A DNA stretch of 64,000 nucleotides from Gammaproteobacteria bacterium. GTDB lineage: Bacteria > Pseudomonadota > Gammaproteobacteria > UBA1113. Position 1 is the stretch's first letter. Each line of letters starts with the position of its first letter. The DNA lies in assembly GCA_020051155.1 (NCBI GenBank), contig JAGVJK010000001.1:18605-82604 (forward strand), in the 5' to 3' direction. A model generated the notes under the pieces. That model saw only the letters and a program-made list of their open reading frames with translations, was not told where the DNA came from and did not search any database. Below, piece after piece: positions 1-10,224 of this stretch. A program made the position numbers and the translations under genes.

Positions 1-715
1 TTAACAAGTTTGCTTGTGCAAAAGTAATCAGTATACGTGCTTCGGCATTATTTAAAATTTTGGCGGCGCGAGTGACATATTCTTCGATACGATCCAGACG
101 AAGTGGTGGATAAATAGGTACGGGAATTGCGCCAGCTAAAAGGATTCCCATAAAGGATTCAAAAAAATCGCTATGAGTTGGCAACATGATAGCGACGGTA
201 TTATCAGGTCGGATGCCATACGCCAGAAGACCATGAGCGATGTTGCAAGCCTTAGTCAATAACTGGCCGTAAGTCATCATGATTTCATTGCCCATTTCGT
301 CAGGTAGATAAAGATGCGGTCGATTGGGCTCATCAATAGCATATTGTATCAATGCTTGGTGTAGCGTCGCTATTTTAGATAAATCGATATCGACATGTTC
401 TAATGCTAAAGCGAAAGTTTGTTGTGGCGCAGGTTCGGTCGAGCTCGTTGTTAGTATAGCGTGAGCAATGGCTCCTAAAGTATCCGCTTCCGCTACGATG
501 CTTTCTGAGAGCTGTACAGCAAATGCTTTTTCGATGCGATGTATCAGTTCTACCTTTCCTAAAGAGTCAATACTTAATTGCCGCTCTAAGGATGTTTCCA
601 TGGAAACAACACACATCGCACGTTCAGTTTCTTGTTCCAACAAAAATTGACGAGTAATAAGCAAAAGCTGCTTTTCAATCAGAGGCAACGGATAATTCAT
701 GAGAACAACATCCAT
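1..715 (-). CDS. Partial CDS (N-terminal 238 aa; C-terminus lies beyond window start): carrier-protein domain fused to an AMP-binding, fatty-acyl-AMP-ligase-like domain
   Basis: Manual translation of the minus strand from ATG 715..713 runs open to position 2. An N-terminal DSLGKVELIHRIE segment is a phosphopantetheine-attachment-type motif. It is followed by MTYGQLL...LLAGAIPVPIYPP, typical of the FAAL/acyl-CoA synthetase N-terminal region. The ORF is absent from the supplied track because it has no stop in the window. Confidence 0.55.
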   Translation of the reverse strand, partial: MDVVLMNYPLPLIEKQLLLITRQFLLEQETERAMCVVSMETSLERQLSIDSLGKVELIHRIEKAFAVQLSESIVAEADTLGAIAHAILTTSSTEPAPQQTFALALEHVDIDLSKIATLHQALIQYAIDEPNRPHLYLPDEMGNEIMMTYGQLLTKACNIAHGLLAYGIRPDNTVAIMLPTHSDFFESFMGILLAGAIPVPIYPPLRLDRIEEYVTRAAKILNNAEARILITFAQANLL

Positions 716-956
716 GTGTGACAGACACTGAACGCTTTCATACGAATTCTCCCAGAATGAAGATATCTTTTATAAGCACTTACATCTTTAAAGATAGTAG
801 ATGCTCAAAAACTTCACAAGGCATAAGTACATGAGCGGTATAAGTAACAACTCGTCATGCCTCTCATTTTCTTTAACACAATCAACACGTTAATTTTTTG
901 TTTTTAATTCTTCCAATTGAGCGAGTCTTCTTTTATACTCTCCCCTTTCTTATAAT

Positions 957-1955
957 TTGATAAATCCCTCGATGAGCTCACCCATAAAACCCTTACATCT
1001 TGGTAATCGCACTTTTCCTGTGAATATTATTCAAGGCCCGCTGGCGGGTGTAAGCTGCGCGCCCTTTCGTCGGTTAGCGTGGCAGTATAGTGAGCCCGCG
1101 TTTTCTTGTACTGAAATGATTTCCTGTAAAACTTTACTGTACCAACCTAAATTAGCAGAACAGCGTTTTACTGTGAAAGATCCTAATGAAGGCCCTGTGT
1201 GTTTTCAACTTTCTAGTAATGACCCACAGGAATTGGCCGAGGCAACTCGACGAGTCACCGAGCTAGGTGCGGATTTAATTGATTTGAACTGTGGTTGCCC
1301 TGTGAAGAAAATTCGCGGCAAAGGAGCCGGCTCTAGTTTATTAGTGCAGCCGGAAAAGATCTATCAATTGATCCAAGCTATGAAGCAAAATACTCACGTC
1401 CCTGTGTCTATCAAAATTCGCGTGGAAGGCAACAGTGATGAAACATTTAATCTTGAGATAGCACAAGCAGTGAGTGATGCCGGTGCTGATTTTTTGGTGG
1501 TGCATGGCCGTCACTGGACTGAAGGTTATGATATCCCCTGTCGCTATGATCAAATTCAATTTTTTGTTGAAGCAGTAAAAATTCCTGTGATTGGCAATGG
1601 TGATATTAAAGATCATGAGAGTTTAAAAAAAATGTTTGCCACTGGATGTGCCGGCGTGATGATCGGACGTGCGGGTGTAGGGCAACCTTGGTTGATTAGG
1701 CAATTAATCGCTGAAATACAGCAGGAATCTTATCAGTTACCAACACTCAAAGAAATCGGCGCTTTATTGATAGACCATGTAAGTCAACTTTCTATTCTCT
1801 TAAACAGTGAAAAATTCGCGTTGTTACAAGCGCGAAATTTTTCAAAATACTATGCTAGAACTGTCGAGAATAAAATAGACTTCATACAAAAGATGCATCA
1901 ATGCCACACTCTAGCGCAATTCACACAACTTTGTCATGGCTATTTTACGCTTTAA
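957..1955 (+). CDS. dus: tRNA-dihydrouridine synthase (Dus family)
   Basis: 332 aa with a TIM-barrel flavoenzyme signature: GPLAGVS near the N-terminus, catalytic Cys in LNCGCP, and IKIR..VHGR motifs typical of DusB/DusC. Confidence 0.85.
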   Translation: MINPSMSSPIKPLHLGNRTFPVNIIQGPLAGVSCAPFRRLAWQYSEPAFSCTEMISCKTLLYQPKLAEQRFTVKDPNEGPVCFQLSSNDPQELAEATRRVTELGADLIDLNCGCPVKKIRGKGAGSSLLVQPEKIYQLIQAMKQNTHVPVSIKIRVEGNSDETFNLEIAQAVSDAGADFLVVHGRHWTEGYDIPCRYDQIQFFVEAVKIPVIGNGDIKDHESLKKMFATGCAGVMIGRAGVGQPWLIRQLIAEIQQESYQLPTLKEIGALLIDHVSQLSILLNSEKFALLQARNFSKYYARTVENKIDFIQKMHQCHTLAQFTQLCHGYFTL

Positions 1956-2033
1956 AACAGCTAGCAAGAAAAAAAGATTCGGTCGTCTCGCTATTTTTTA
2001 TCCTTTTATTATCCTTTTTCCTCTGCAGAGCCC

Positions 2034-2501
2034 TTATTCCCCTAATAATAATGTCGACACCTCTTTCACCAGCTGGCTGATTTTAGCAACCTTTTCTGGC
2101 ACGACTAAAATTGTATCATCACCCGCAATGGTGCCCAAAATACCTAAACTCGGTCGTTGGTCAAGCAAGCGTGCTACCAATTGTGCCGCGCCAGGTGTTA
2201 CGCGAATCACGATCAGCATTTCATTATGAGTAATATTCAATACCAACTTTGTTAAAGCATTGTCGGCCGTCACTGAAATCATTTCAACGGGGAGCCGATA
2301 GACCATCCGTTGATTTTCATTCATTTTGATCGCACCCAATTTATTCATCAATCTAGAAATTGTCACTTGCGTCACTTCAAAACCTTTTTTTCTTAGTGCA
2401 TGACAGATCTCTTCTTGTGTTTCAAAGGCTTCATAATGCAACATGGATTGCAACGCCATAATCAATGCGGTCTTATCAGTATTTAATCCTTTCTTTTTCA
2501 T
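2034..2501 (-). CDS. argR: Arginine repressor ArgR
   Basis: 155 aa that aligns along its length with E. coli ArgR: a winged-helix N-terminal domain, then GAAQLVARLLD and GILGTIAGDDTI oligomerisation and arginine-binding motifs. It is the last gene of the argC-J-B operon. Confidence 0.85.
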   Translation of the reverse strand: MKKKGLNTDKTALIMALQSMLHYEAFETQEEICHALRKKGFEVTQVTISRLMNKLGAIKMNENQRMVYRLPVEMISVTADNALTKLVLNITHNEMLIVIRVTPGAAQLVARLLDQRPSLGILGTIAGDDTILVVPEKVAKISQLVKEVSTLLLGE

Positions 2502-3386
2502 TTAATCACCTTTTGTTATCATGGTTCCAATGCCATGATTGGTCAAAATTTCTAGTAATAAACTATGCCTTTTCTTACCATTAATAATATGCGCCGTAGA
2601 AACCCCTTGTTCGACGGCTTCATTGCAAGCTTGTAACTTTGGAATCATACCGCCTGAAATTTTATTTTCAACTAGTAGATTATTAGCCGCCTCTGTCGTT
2701 AACACACTGAGTTTGCTTGAAGGGTCATTTCGCTCCGCATAAAGACCATCCACATCACTAAGAATCATTAATTTTTCTGCTCGTAAGCTGCTAGCGATGG
2801 CGCTTGCGGCAAAATCACCATTGATATTGTACGTTTGACCTTGTGCATCAACACCTAAAGGTGCAATCACTGGAATAAAACCTGCGGTCAACAACGTTTG
2901 CATCAGCTCCGTATCAATGTGAGTAATTTTTCCCACATAGCCTAAGGGACTATCAGGAGAAAAAGTTTCAACTTGCAAAAATTTCGCATCTTGTCCAGAT
3001 AAACCGACGGCTTTAACGCCGGTTTGATTTAATTGCATCACTAGAGATTTATTCACTTTGCCCGATAGCACCATTTGTACAATGTCGAGAGTGTGCTCAT
3101 CGGTGACTCGCTGACCCTCATGAAATTTCACATCGATATTTAAGCGTTGACAAAGATCGGAAATTTCACTGCCACCACCATGAATGATCACTGGACGAAT
3201 TCCACAGAAATATAACAATGCTACATCTTGCATCATATTACGCATTTCATCCGATTCTGTCATGGCAGAGCCACCGCATTTGATCACGACCGTCTTGCCA
3301 TAAAATTGTCTGACATACGGCAATGCTTCAATTAAGTGAGAAGCTCGTTCAAATAAATCCGCAGCATGTTGTACTTTTTGTTCCAT
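2502..3386 (-). CDS. argB: N-acetylglutamate kinase
   Basis: 294 aa of the amino-acid-kinase family (VIKCGGSAM, IIHGGGSEI, GDFAA). Abuts argR with no gap. Confidence 0.9.
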   Translation of the reverse strand: MEQKVQHAADLFERASHLIEALPYVRQFYGKTVVIKCGGSAMTESDEMRNMMQDVALLYFCGIRPVIIHGGGSEISDLCQRLNIDVKFHEGQRVTDEHTLDIVQMVLSGKVNKSLVMQLNQTGVKAVGLSGQDAKFLQVETFSPDSPLGYVGKITHIDTELMQTLLTAGFIPVIAPLGVDAQGQTYNINGDFAASAIASSLRAEKLMILSDVDGLYAERNDPSSKLSVLTTEAANNLLVENKISGGMIPKLQACNEAVEQGVSTAHIINGKKRHSLLLEILTNHGIGTMITKGD

Positions 3387-3388
3387 GA

Positions 3389-4609
3389 TTAACTCCTATA
3401 AGATGCATTAATATTGACGTAATCGTGCGTTAAATCACAACCCCAAGCATCCGCTGAATAATGTCCAACACCTAAATCTACCTTCAATGTAATAGTTTTT
3501 CCCTGCAATAATTTTTTTAATACCGCTTCATCAAACTCCTGTGGTGCGTCATTGGCATATAGTACATGCTGACCAATTTTAATTTTCAATTTCTCCAATT
3601 TAAATTGTGCCCCGGAGTAACCCACAACACAGGCAATACGTCCCCAGTTGGCATCCGCACCATACATTGCTGTTTTCACTAAGGGAGAGCAACTGATGGC
3701 TCGTGCTGCTAACCTTGCTTGTTTTTCCGAGGCAGCGCCGGTCACTTGAATTTCAATAAATTTACTGGCGCCTTCGCCATCTCGCGCAATTTCTTTTGCT
3801 AAATAAGTGGCAACCCATTGTAAAGCATCTTTGAAGACTACCCAGTCGGGATGATCTCTGGAGGTAATCGTGGGATTATTTGCCATGCCGTTCGCCATGA
3901 TAATCAACATATCGTTTGTCGATGTTTCTGCATCGACGCTGATCATATTAAAGCTATTATCATTTACTTGGCGTAAGAGTTTTTTCAACTCCTCTTTTTC
4001 AATGGCTGCATCCGTTGTAATAAATCCCAGCATGGTAGCCATATCCGGATGAATCATACCAGAGCCTTTAGCAATACCGCCAATCTTAACGGTTTTACCG
4101 CTTAACTTAATTTCAATAGCAATTTTTTTAGGGTAGGTATCGGTAGTCAAAATTGCTAACGCTGCATCTTCTGGATCATGAGTACTGATATTTTTAGCAC
4201 AAAGGTCGATCCCCTTTGTGATTTTATCCATCGGCAGTGGCACACCAATCACGCCCGTACTCGCTACTGCCACTTGCTGTGGTGAAATGTGTAAGCCTTG
4301 CGCTGTAAGAATTGCCATGTCCTTCGCATGGGTTAAACCTGCGCTGCCCGTACACGCATTAGCATTACCACTATTCACCACAATGGCTTGTAACATGCCA
4401 TCCTTTAAATGTTTTTTTGTTACCAGCACCGGTGCTGCTTTTAATTTATTTTTAGTGACAACACCCGCTGCCACCGCTGGCACTTCACTGTAGATAATCG
4501 CTACATCTAATTTACTTTTCTTGATTCCTACATGCACTGCGCTGGCTGAGAATCCTTTTGCCGCAGCAATGCTGCCTTCTATTTTTTTGTATTTCATGTT
4601 CTTCTCCAT
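3389..4609 (-). CDS. argJ: Bifunctional glutamate N-acetyltransferase / N-acetylglutamate synthase ArgJ
   Basis: 406 aa with the ATMLGFITTDA autoproteolysis/nucleophile-Thr motif characteristic of ArgJ. Confidence 0.9.
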   Translation of the reverse strand: MEKNMKYKKIEGSIAAAKGFSASAVHVGIKKSKLDVAIIYSEVPAVAAGVVTKNKLKAAPVLVTKKHLKDGMLQAIVVNSGNANACTGSAGLTHAKDMAILTAQGLHISPQQVAVASTGVIGVPLPMDKITKGIDLCAKNISTHDPEDAALAILTTDTYPKKIAIEIKLSGKTVKIGGIAKGSGMIHPDMATMLGFITTDAAIEKEELKKLLRQVNDNSFNMISVDAETSTNDMLIIMANGMANNPTITSRDHPDWVVFKDALQWVATYLAKEIARDGEGASKFIEIQVTGAASEKQARLAARAISCSPLVKTAMYGADANWGRIACVVGYSGAQFKLEKLKIKIGQHVLYANDAPQEFDEAVLKKLLQGKTITLKVDLGVGHYSADAWGCDLTHDYVNINASYRS

Positions 4610-5658
4610 TATGGGTATATTCCTGCACTCACCAAACCCAGAGATTCTGGGAGGTTGTACATCAAATTCATATTTTGCACCGCTTGACCCGCTGCACCTT
4701 TAATTAAATTATCAATGACTGTGGTCACGATTAAACGTTGCGTACGCCGATCAACATGAATTCCAATATCGCAATAATTACTACCACGCACATGTTTTAT
4801 CTGCGGTGTGTTGGTTAATTCACGCAAACGCACAAAAGTTTCCTGTTGATAAAAGCTTTGATAAATCTCATGCACCTCTTGTGCTGACAGATCCTGCTTT
4901 AATTTAAAATAAGCTGTCATATAAAGACCACGAACAATGGGCAACAAATGCGGCGTGAATTGAGTCAACACGGGCTTTTGGCTAATCTTTGTTAACTCTT
5001 GCTCTATTTCGGGTGTATGTCGATGGATACCGCCCACTTGATAGGCCATAAAATTTTCTGTCATTTCACAAAAATGATTTTGTAATTGCAAGGTGCGGCC
5101 TGCGCCTGACATTCCTGATTTTGCATCAAAGATACATTCCTCGAGTGAAACAATACCCGCACTCAACGCTGGCAATGCTGAAAGAATTGCCGCGGTGGGA
5201 TAGCATCCTGGATTAGCTAATAAAAAAGTTTTCTGAATAGCTTCACGATAACCTGCTTCTGGTAACCCATACACTGCTTGAGCTTGTATCTCCTCTGTCG
5301 CCGCTTCTTGTTGATACCATTGCTGATAATCTGCGGAATTTCGCAATCTGAAGTCAGCACCCAAATCTATGACTTTTTTACCCCCTTTTAATAAAGAAGG
5401 TACCAGAGTTGCTGCCTTGCCGTGAGGTAAAGCAATAAACACCACATCGCAGCTATCGACCAGTGCATTCATATCTAAGGCTGAGCCCTTTAATGCCACC
5501 TGCTGCTGCAAATGAGGATAAACGCCACTGATGGGCTGATCCACATAGGATTCAGTTACTAATTGCGTTAATTGCACCTCTGGGTGCTGCTGTAACAAAC
5601 GAACTAGCTCAATCCCGGTGTAACCGGTTGCCCCGATAATGCCAGCTTTTATCAACAT
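4609..5658 (-). CDS. argC: N-acetyl-gamma-glutamyl-phosphate reductase
   Basis: Semialdehyde dehydrogenase family: GIIGATGYTGIELVRLL Rossmann motif and catalytic Cys in PGCYPT. Start set at the internal ATG (MLIKAG...) preceded by GGAG rather than the track's upstream Met. Confidence 0.85.
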   Translation of the reverse strand: MLIKAGIIGATGYTGIELVRLLQQHPEVQLTQLVTESYVDQPISGVYPHLQQQVALKGSALDMNALVDSCDVVFIALPHGKAATLVPSLLKGGKKVIDLGADFRLRNSADYQQWYQQEAATEEIQAQAVYGLPEAGYREAIQKTFLLANPGCYPTAAILSALPALSAGIVSLEECIFDAKSGMSGAGRTLQLQNHFCEMTENFMAYQVGGIHRHTPEIEQELTKISQKPVLTQFTPHLLPIVRGLYMTAYFKLKQDLSAQEVHEIYQSFYQQETFVRLRELTNTPQIKHVRGSNYCDIGIHVDRRTQRLIVTTVIDNLIKGAAGQAVQNMNLMYNLPESLGLVSAGIYP

Positions 5659-5688
5659 TTTTACACTCCGCTCTTGCTTTTTAATTAG

Positions 5689-5728
5689 ATTTGTATAAAA
5701 ATACACGATATTGATTATTTATTCAATA
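5689..5728. promoter_or_regulatory. Tandem ARG-box-like operators in the argC/argF divergent promoter
   Basis: Two 18-bp sequences, TTTGTATAAAAATACACG and ATTGATTATTTATTCAAT, separated by 2-3 bp. They match the E. coli ARG-box consensus TNTGAATWWWWATTCANW at 15/18 and 16/18 positions and sit between the divergent arg operons, the same two-box, ~3-bp-spacer architecture as E. coli ARG operators. Confidence 0.45.
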
Positions 5729-5734
5729 GGGGGA

Positions 5735-6694
5735 ATGAAAAAAATGACAACCGCATCGGCGCCGCCAAAGCACTTATTAACTGGCGAGGAATTAACAACC
5801 GCTCAAATTAAGGGGCTCATTCAATTCGCCATCCAGCTAAAACAAGAGCGTGCACCACACACGTTAAGAAAAGATTTAGCGGGACATCATCTGGCAATGA
5901 TTTTTGATAAACCCTCCTTACGTACTCGTTTTAGTTTTGCCATTGCCATGCGCGAATTAGGTGGTGATATTATAGAAAGTACTGATAGCTCTCGAAAAAC
6001 TGAAACTCCGGAAGATTATGCCAGGGTTTTACAAGGATATTGTCATGCCATTATGGTTCGTACTCACGGTGATAAAATTTTACAACGCATGGCGAAGGTT
6101 GCTAGTGTTCCTATTATTAATGGTTTATCTGACTTGCACCATCCTTGCCAAGTGCTTGCTGATTTACTGACGATGACTGAAGTGTTTGGTGAGCTGAAAG
6201 GTTTAACTTTAAGTTATGTTGGTGATGGCAACAATTTATTACATAGCTTTTTATTATTAGCACCACAATTAGGCGTGAATGTTCATTATTGTTGTCCTGC
6301 CGGGCGACAACCGAATGCAGAGATACTCGCGCACAGTTTAGCAAAACGAACTGCAAGTTATGGAGACATAAAATCCTTTTCTACGCCCGCTGCTGCAGTT
6401 AAAGGTGCAAATGTCGTGTATACCGATGTGTGGGCAAGTATGGGATTTGAATCACAACGAGAAGACCATTTATTTGATGGCTTTCAAGTGAATGAAGCGT
6501 TGATGGCCCATGCTGATCCTAAGGCAATTTTCATGCATTGTTTACCCATGGAGCGCGGCAAAGAAGTCAGCGACTCCTTAGCAGACAGTGCTTGCTCCGT
6601 GGTCTTCATGCAAAGTGAAAATCGCTTACACATTCAAAAAGCCATTTTATTATATTTATTTAACTTTATTCATTTAGGAGAAAATCATGAGTAA
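5735..6694 (+). CDS. argF: Ornithine carbamoyltransferase
   Basis: Contains the SLRTR carbamoyl-phosphate motif, HPCQ, the DVWASMG ornithine-specific motif and HCLP. The start is ambiguous between 5711 and 5735. Confidence 0.85.
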   Translation: MKKMTTASAPPKHLLTGEELTTAQIKGLIQFAIQLKQERAPHTLRKDLAGHHLAMIFDKPSLRTRFSFAIAMRELGGDIIESTDSSRKTETPEDYARVLQGYCHAIMVRTHGDKILQRMAKVASVPIINGLSDLHHPCQVLADLLTMTEVFGELKGLTLSYVGDGNNLLHSFLLLAPQLGVNVHYCCPAGRQPNAEILAHSLAKRTASYGDIKSFSTPAAAVKGANVVYTDVWASMGFESQREDHLFDGFQVNEALMAHADPKAIFMHCLPMERGKEVSDSLADSACSVVFMQSENRLHIQKAILLYLFNFIHLGENHE

Positions 6695-7892
6695 AAAAAT
6701 TGTTCTTGCGTATTCTGGTGGGCTTGATACTTCTTGTGCGGTTAAATGGTTGCAAGAACAATATGGCTATGAAGTGATTGCTGTTACAGCCGATATTGGT
6801 GAAGGCAAAGACTTAGGACCTATCAAGGAAAAAGCGTTAAAAGTTGGCGCTATCAAGCATTTTTCTTTACCTTTAAAAGACGCGTTTGCTCGAGATTATC
6901 TTGCACCCGCTTTGCACGCCAATGTGATGTATGAAAATATTTACCCGCTGATTTCTGCATTATCACGTCCTTTGATCGCACAATCCTTGGTGAATATTGC
7001 GAACCAAGAAGGTGCCGTCGCCGTTGCTCATGGTTGTACGGGTAAAGGTAATGATCAAGTGCGATTTGATGTGAGTATTAAAGCATTGGCGCCACATTTA
7101 GATATCGTTGCACCAGCACGAGATCATCCTATGGCTCGAGAAGATGCCATCGCTTATGCAGAGAAACACCAGATTCCCTTACCGATTCAACTCGATAATC
7201 CCTTTAGTATTGATCAAAATTTATGGGGACGTAGTTGTGAATGTGGCATGTTAGAAGATCCTTGGGTTGAACCACCAGAGGCAGCTTATGCGTTAACATC
7301 ACCGCTGAGTAAAACGCCGAATACTGCTGAAGAGATTACTATTGAGTTTGAAAAAGGAACCCCCGTTGGCCTCAATGGCAAACCCATGTCTTTTGTTGAC
7401 TGTATTGAAACATTAAATGTGTTAGCCGGTCAGCATGGTATTGGTCGTATTGATCATATTGAAAATCGATTAGTGGGGATTAAATCTCGAGAAGTGTATG
7501 AAGCACCGGCTGCTATCACCTTAATTACTGCACATCGTGCTTTAGAGGCAATGACTTTAGTGCGTGAAGTTGCGCGTTTCAAATCCATCGTCGATCAGCA
7601 ATTTGCGAATTTAATTTATGATGGTTTGTGGTTTTCACCCTTACGTGATGCGTTACAAGCATTTTTGACAAAAACGCAAGAATCTGTGAATGGTGTAATT
7701 CGTCTTAAATTATTTAAAGGCCATGCGACGGTGGTTGGGCGTTCGTCACCGAATTCGCTTTACATTAAAAATCTGGCAACCTATGATGCATCCGATGCGT
7801 TCGATCACCATGCGGCTAAAGGTTTTATTAAAGTCTTTGGTTTACCAACGCAAGTATACCATCAAGTTCATCAAGGAGCGGAGTATGAGTAA
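6687..7892 (+). CDS. argG: Argininosuccinate synthase
   Basis: 401 aa with the [11 protein letters not shown]-loop of the N-type ATP pyrophosphatase family. Overlaps argF by 8 nt. Confidence 0.9.
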   Translation: MSKKIVLAYSGGLDTSCAVKWLQEQYGYEVIAVTADIGEGKDLGPIKEKALKVGAIKHFSLPLKDAFARDYLAPALHANVMYENIYPLISALSRPLIAQSLVNIANQEGAVAVAHGCTGKGNDQVRFDVSIKALAPHLDIVAPARDHPMAREDAIAYAEKHQIPLPIQLDNPFSIDQNLWGRSCECGMLEDPWVEPPEAAYALTSPLSKTPNTAEEITIEFEKGTPVGLNGKPMSFVDCIETLNVLAGQHGIGRIDHIENRLVGIKSREVYEAPAAITLITAHRALEAMTLVREVARFKSIVDQQFANLIYDGLWFSPLRDALQAFLTKTQESVNGVIRLKLFKGHATVVGRSSPNSLYIKNLATYDASDAFDHHAAKGFIKVFGLPTQVYHQVHQGAEYE

Positions 7893-9327
7893 AAAATTAT
7901 GGGGCGGCCGCTTTAGTGGCAATACACATCCCGAGGTAGAATTATTTACTGCATCAATTCATGTGGATAAAATCCTCGCGGCCGATGACATTTTAGGGAG
8001 TATGGCGCACGCAGCGATGTTGGGCAAATGCGACATTTTAAGTCAAGAGGAAGCGCAGCTCTTGCAAAAAGGATTGCTGAGCATTGCACAGAAAATTTCT
8101 ACTGACGAGGTGGAGTTTCGCATTGAAGATGAAGATATTCACATGAATATCGAACGTTTGTTGAAGGAAGAAATTGGTGATGTTGCAGGAAAATTACATA
8201 CTGCTCGTAGCCGTAATGATCAAGTTGCTCTAGACTTACATTTGTATTTACGTCGACAAACGGTAGATATCATTGCATTGTTGCTCACTATGCAAGAGAC
8301 TCTTTTGCAATTAGCAGCTGCTCATCGTGATGTGATGTTGCCGGGTTATACCCATTTACAACGTGCACAACCGGTTTCTCTTGCTCAATATTGGTTAACG
8401 TATAGTGCAATGCTGCAGCGGGATATCTCTCGTTTAAAAGACAGCTGGGTTCGCGTTAATCAATCACCTCTTGGCGCCGGCGCGTTAAATGGCAGCAGCT
8501 TTGCAATTGATAAACAGTATGTGGCGTCTTTACTTAAATTTGATGGTATTTATGCAAGCTCTATGGATGCAGTAAGCGATCGTGACTTTGTTATCGAGTT
8601 TTTAGCTGCGGCCAGTCTCATCATGATGCACTTATCTCGTTTGAGTGAAGAATTGATTCTTTGGTCTAGCCAAGAATTCAATTTTATTACAATGGGTGAT
8701 GCTTTTTGCACGGGTAGCAGTATGATGCCGCAGAAAAAAAATCCAGATGTGGCGGAATTAACTCGCGGGAAAACTGGACGTGTTTATGGATCTTTGACAA
8801 ATTTGCTGACACTGATGAAAGGTTTAGCTTTAACCTACCATCGTGATTTGCAAGAAGATAAAGAGCCTTTGTTTGATACGGTTAAAACCTTACGTGCAGT
8901 GCTTAGTGTTTATAATCCTTTGCTTGGTAGTTTAAAGATCAATGCATCTTCTATGCAACGTGCTACGGAAAAAGGTTTTTTAAATGCTACTGCTTTAGCT
9001 GAGCATTTAGTGAAAAAAGGCATTGCTTTTCGTATTGCTCATGAAATAGTTGGGAATATGGTGGCTCATTGTGTCGCGAAGGATTGCACGTTGGAATCAT
9101 TAACTCTCGCAGAGATGCAACAGTTTTGTGAAACTTTAGATGATTCTGTTTATGGCGCATTGCAATTAGAAAAGATCGTAACAGGACATGATGCTTATGC
9201 TCACAACAGTTTGTCGGGGATAGAGGATCAAATTGTGTTATACCAGAAAAATATGCTTGAGACACAAACATGGGTTAATGAAAAAAATCACCTTTTAGAA
9301 GAAGTGTTAACGTCTTTTTCTTTGTAG
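7885..9327 (+). CDS. argH: Argininosuccinate lyase
   Basis: Fumarate-lyase superfamily ([12 protein letters not shown]..., [12 protein letters not shown] signature). The true start is the ATG at 7885 with AAGGAG 7 nt upstream. The track's 5' extension from 7723 overlaps argG and is rejected. Confidence 0.9.
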   Translation: MSKKLWGGRFSGNTHPEVELFTASIHVDKILAADDILGSMAHAAMLGKCDILSQEEAQLLQKGLLSIAQKISTDEVEFRIEDEDIHMNIERLLKEEIGDVAGKLHTARSRNDQVALDLHLYLRRQTVDIIALLLTMQETLLQLAAAHRDVMLPGYTHLQRAQPVSLAQYWLTYSAMLQRDISRLKDSWVRVNQSPLGAGALNGSSFAIDKQYVASLLKFDGIYASSMDAVSDRDFVIEFLAAASLIMMHLSRLSEELILWSSQEFNFITMGDAFCTGSSMMPQKKNPDVAELTRGKTGRVYGSLTNLLTLMKGLALTYHRDLQEDKEPLFDTVKTLRAVLSVYNPLLGSLKINASSMQRATEKGFLNATALAEHLVKKGIAFRIAHEIVGNMVAHCVAKDCTLESLTLAEMQQFCETLDDSVYGALQLEKIVTGHDAYAHNSLSGIEDQIVLYQKNMLETQTWVNEKNHLLEEVLTSFSL

Positions 9328-9332
9328 AATTT

Positions 9333-9369
9333 TGCCACCCTAAGTACAGTCACAGGGTGGCAAAAGAGA
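9333..9369. terminator. Hairpin between convergent argH and higA (possible bidirectional terminator)
   Basis: A 12-bp perfect stem CTTTTGCCACCCT / AGGGTGGCAAAAG with a 12-nt loop. It lacks a clean U-tract, so confidence is low. Confidence 0.3.
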
Positions 9370-9440
9370 AAACTTAGAGCCATCATTTTAACGACGCACC
9401 TCTTTCTTGCTGTTCTGAGCGCAGACTGCATGTTCAATTG

Positions 9441-9860
9441 TTAAAAAAAGAGTGCTGGGCTAATATTGAAGCGCTCTGAAAGCAGCTGGATATGATCGCG
9501 CGTTAGTCGACGCTCACCATGGAGGATTTTAGAAATTAAGGATTTAGAACCAATTTCTGGAAAATCCGATACACCCAAATTATGTTGTTCCATCAAAATT
9601 TGAAAAAGTGCTTCGCCGTGATCGATGTCAGCAATTCGTTTATTAAACACAGAAAACTCTTTTGCTTCATCTTCCCAACGCTCAATTGCGCAGGACAGCA
9701 CTTCAATGAGTAGTTTGTTTCTATCGTAATCTTCAATCAGATTATCCATACAATGCAACGCTTGTTCATACTCTTTTTTATTATTAATATGCCCTACAAA
9801 GCTAGCCACTTGAAATAAAGCGTCTGCTCGTTTTTGTACGATTTCAAATGCTCGATTCAT
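9441..9860 (-). CDS. higA: HigA-family antitoxin (HTH-XRE, E. coli HigA/YgjM-like)
   Basis: The C-terminal FPEIGSKSLISKILHGERRLTRDHIQLLSERFNISPALFF is near-identical in pattern to E. coli HigA (LPEIGSKSMVSRVLSGKRKLTLEHAKKLATRFGISPALF). Start set at the internal ATG 9860 (MNRAF...) preceded by GGGGGA. Confidence 0.7.
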   Translation of the reverse strand: MNRAFEIVQKRADALFQVASFVGHINNKKEYEQALHCMDNLIEDYDRNKLLIEVLSCAIERWEDEAKEFSVFNKRIADIDHGEALFQILMEQHNLGVSDFPEIGSKSLISKILHGERRLTRDHIQLLSERFNISPALFF

Positions 9861-9957
9861 TTTCTCTATCCCCCTTCTAGGTATGTGACTATAACTAATG
9901 TATGGCATTTTATCAACATTTAAGGAAATTTTAAGGTGATGTTATTAGAAACTAGTT

Positions 9958-10056
9958 TCAAGAGTAAATCAAAACGTCATCTTTTAAATCCCTTATTTTT
10001 ACAGGGTATTCAGTTATTGCAACGTCTATTAATTTATTCAAAATTCGGCTCATCAT
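9958..10056 (-). pseudogene. higB: Decayed higB toxin remnant (32-codon N-terminal fragment)
   Basis: Manual translation gives MMSRILNKLIDVAITEYPVKIRDLKDDVLIYS*. This is comparable to the E. coli HigB/YgjN N-terminus (HLITQKALKDAAEKYPQHK) and is truncated by an in-frame stop. Confidence 0.35.
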
Positions 10057-10224
10057 GAGAAGAGAGTAAAGATTAAAACAGAAATATCTTAAGGAAATAT
10101 TACTAACCTAAAAATTTTTGTTTTTAGCAAAAAAATATAATTTAACTATTTTTTTGTGTTGATTTTTTAAAAAATACGTGAGTATATTGAAATCGTCTTT
10201 TATATTTATTTGAGGAGTATAATT

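Noticed and set aside
1341..6356. Short ORFs antisense to or overlapping the dus and arg genes: 1341..1616, 1936..2229, 2539..2742, 3870..4052, 4218..4493, 4521..4703 and 6117..6356
   Set aside because: They overlap well-supported conserved genes on the opposite strand or in another frame. No independent support.
7723..7884. 5' extension of the argH ORF ([10 protein letters not shown]...)
   Set aside because: It overlaps the argG coding sequence in another frame. The conserved lyase N-terminus [12 protein letters not shown] begins at ATG 7885, which has a good Shine-Dalgarno.
10210..10224. Track start of the coiled-coil ORF (MRSII...) and track start of hipB at 14219
   Set aside because: Both are TTG codons rendered as Met by the ORF caller. 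In-frame ATGs with better context lie just downstream, at 10225 and 14210.
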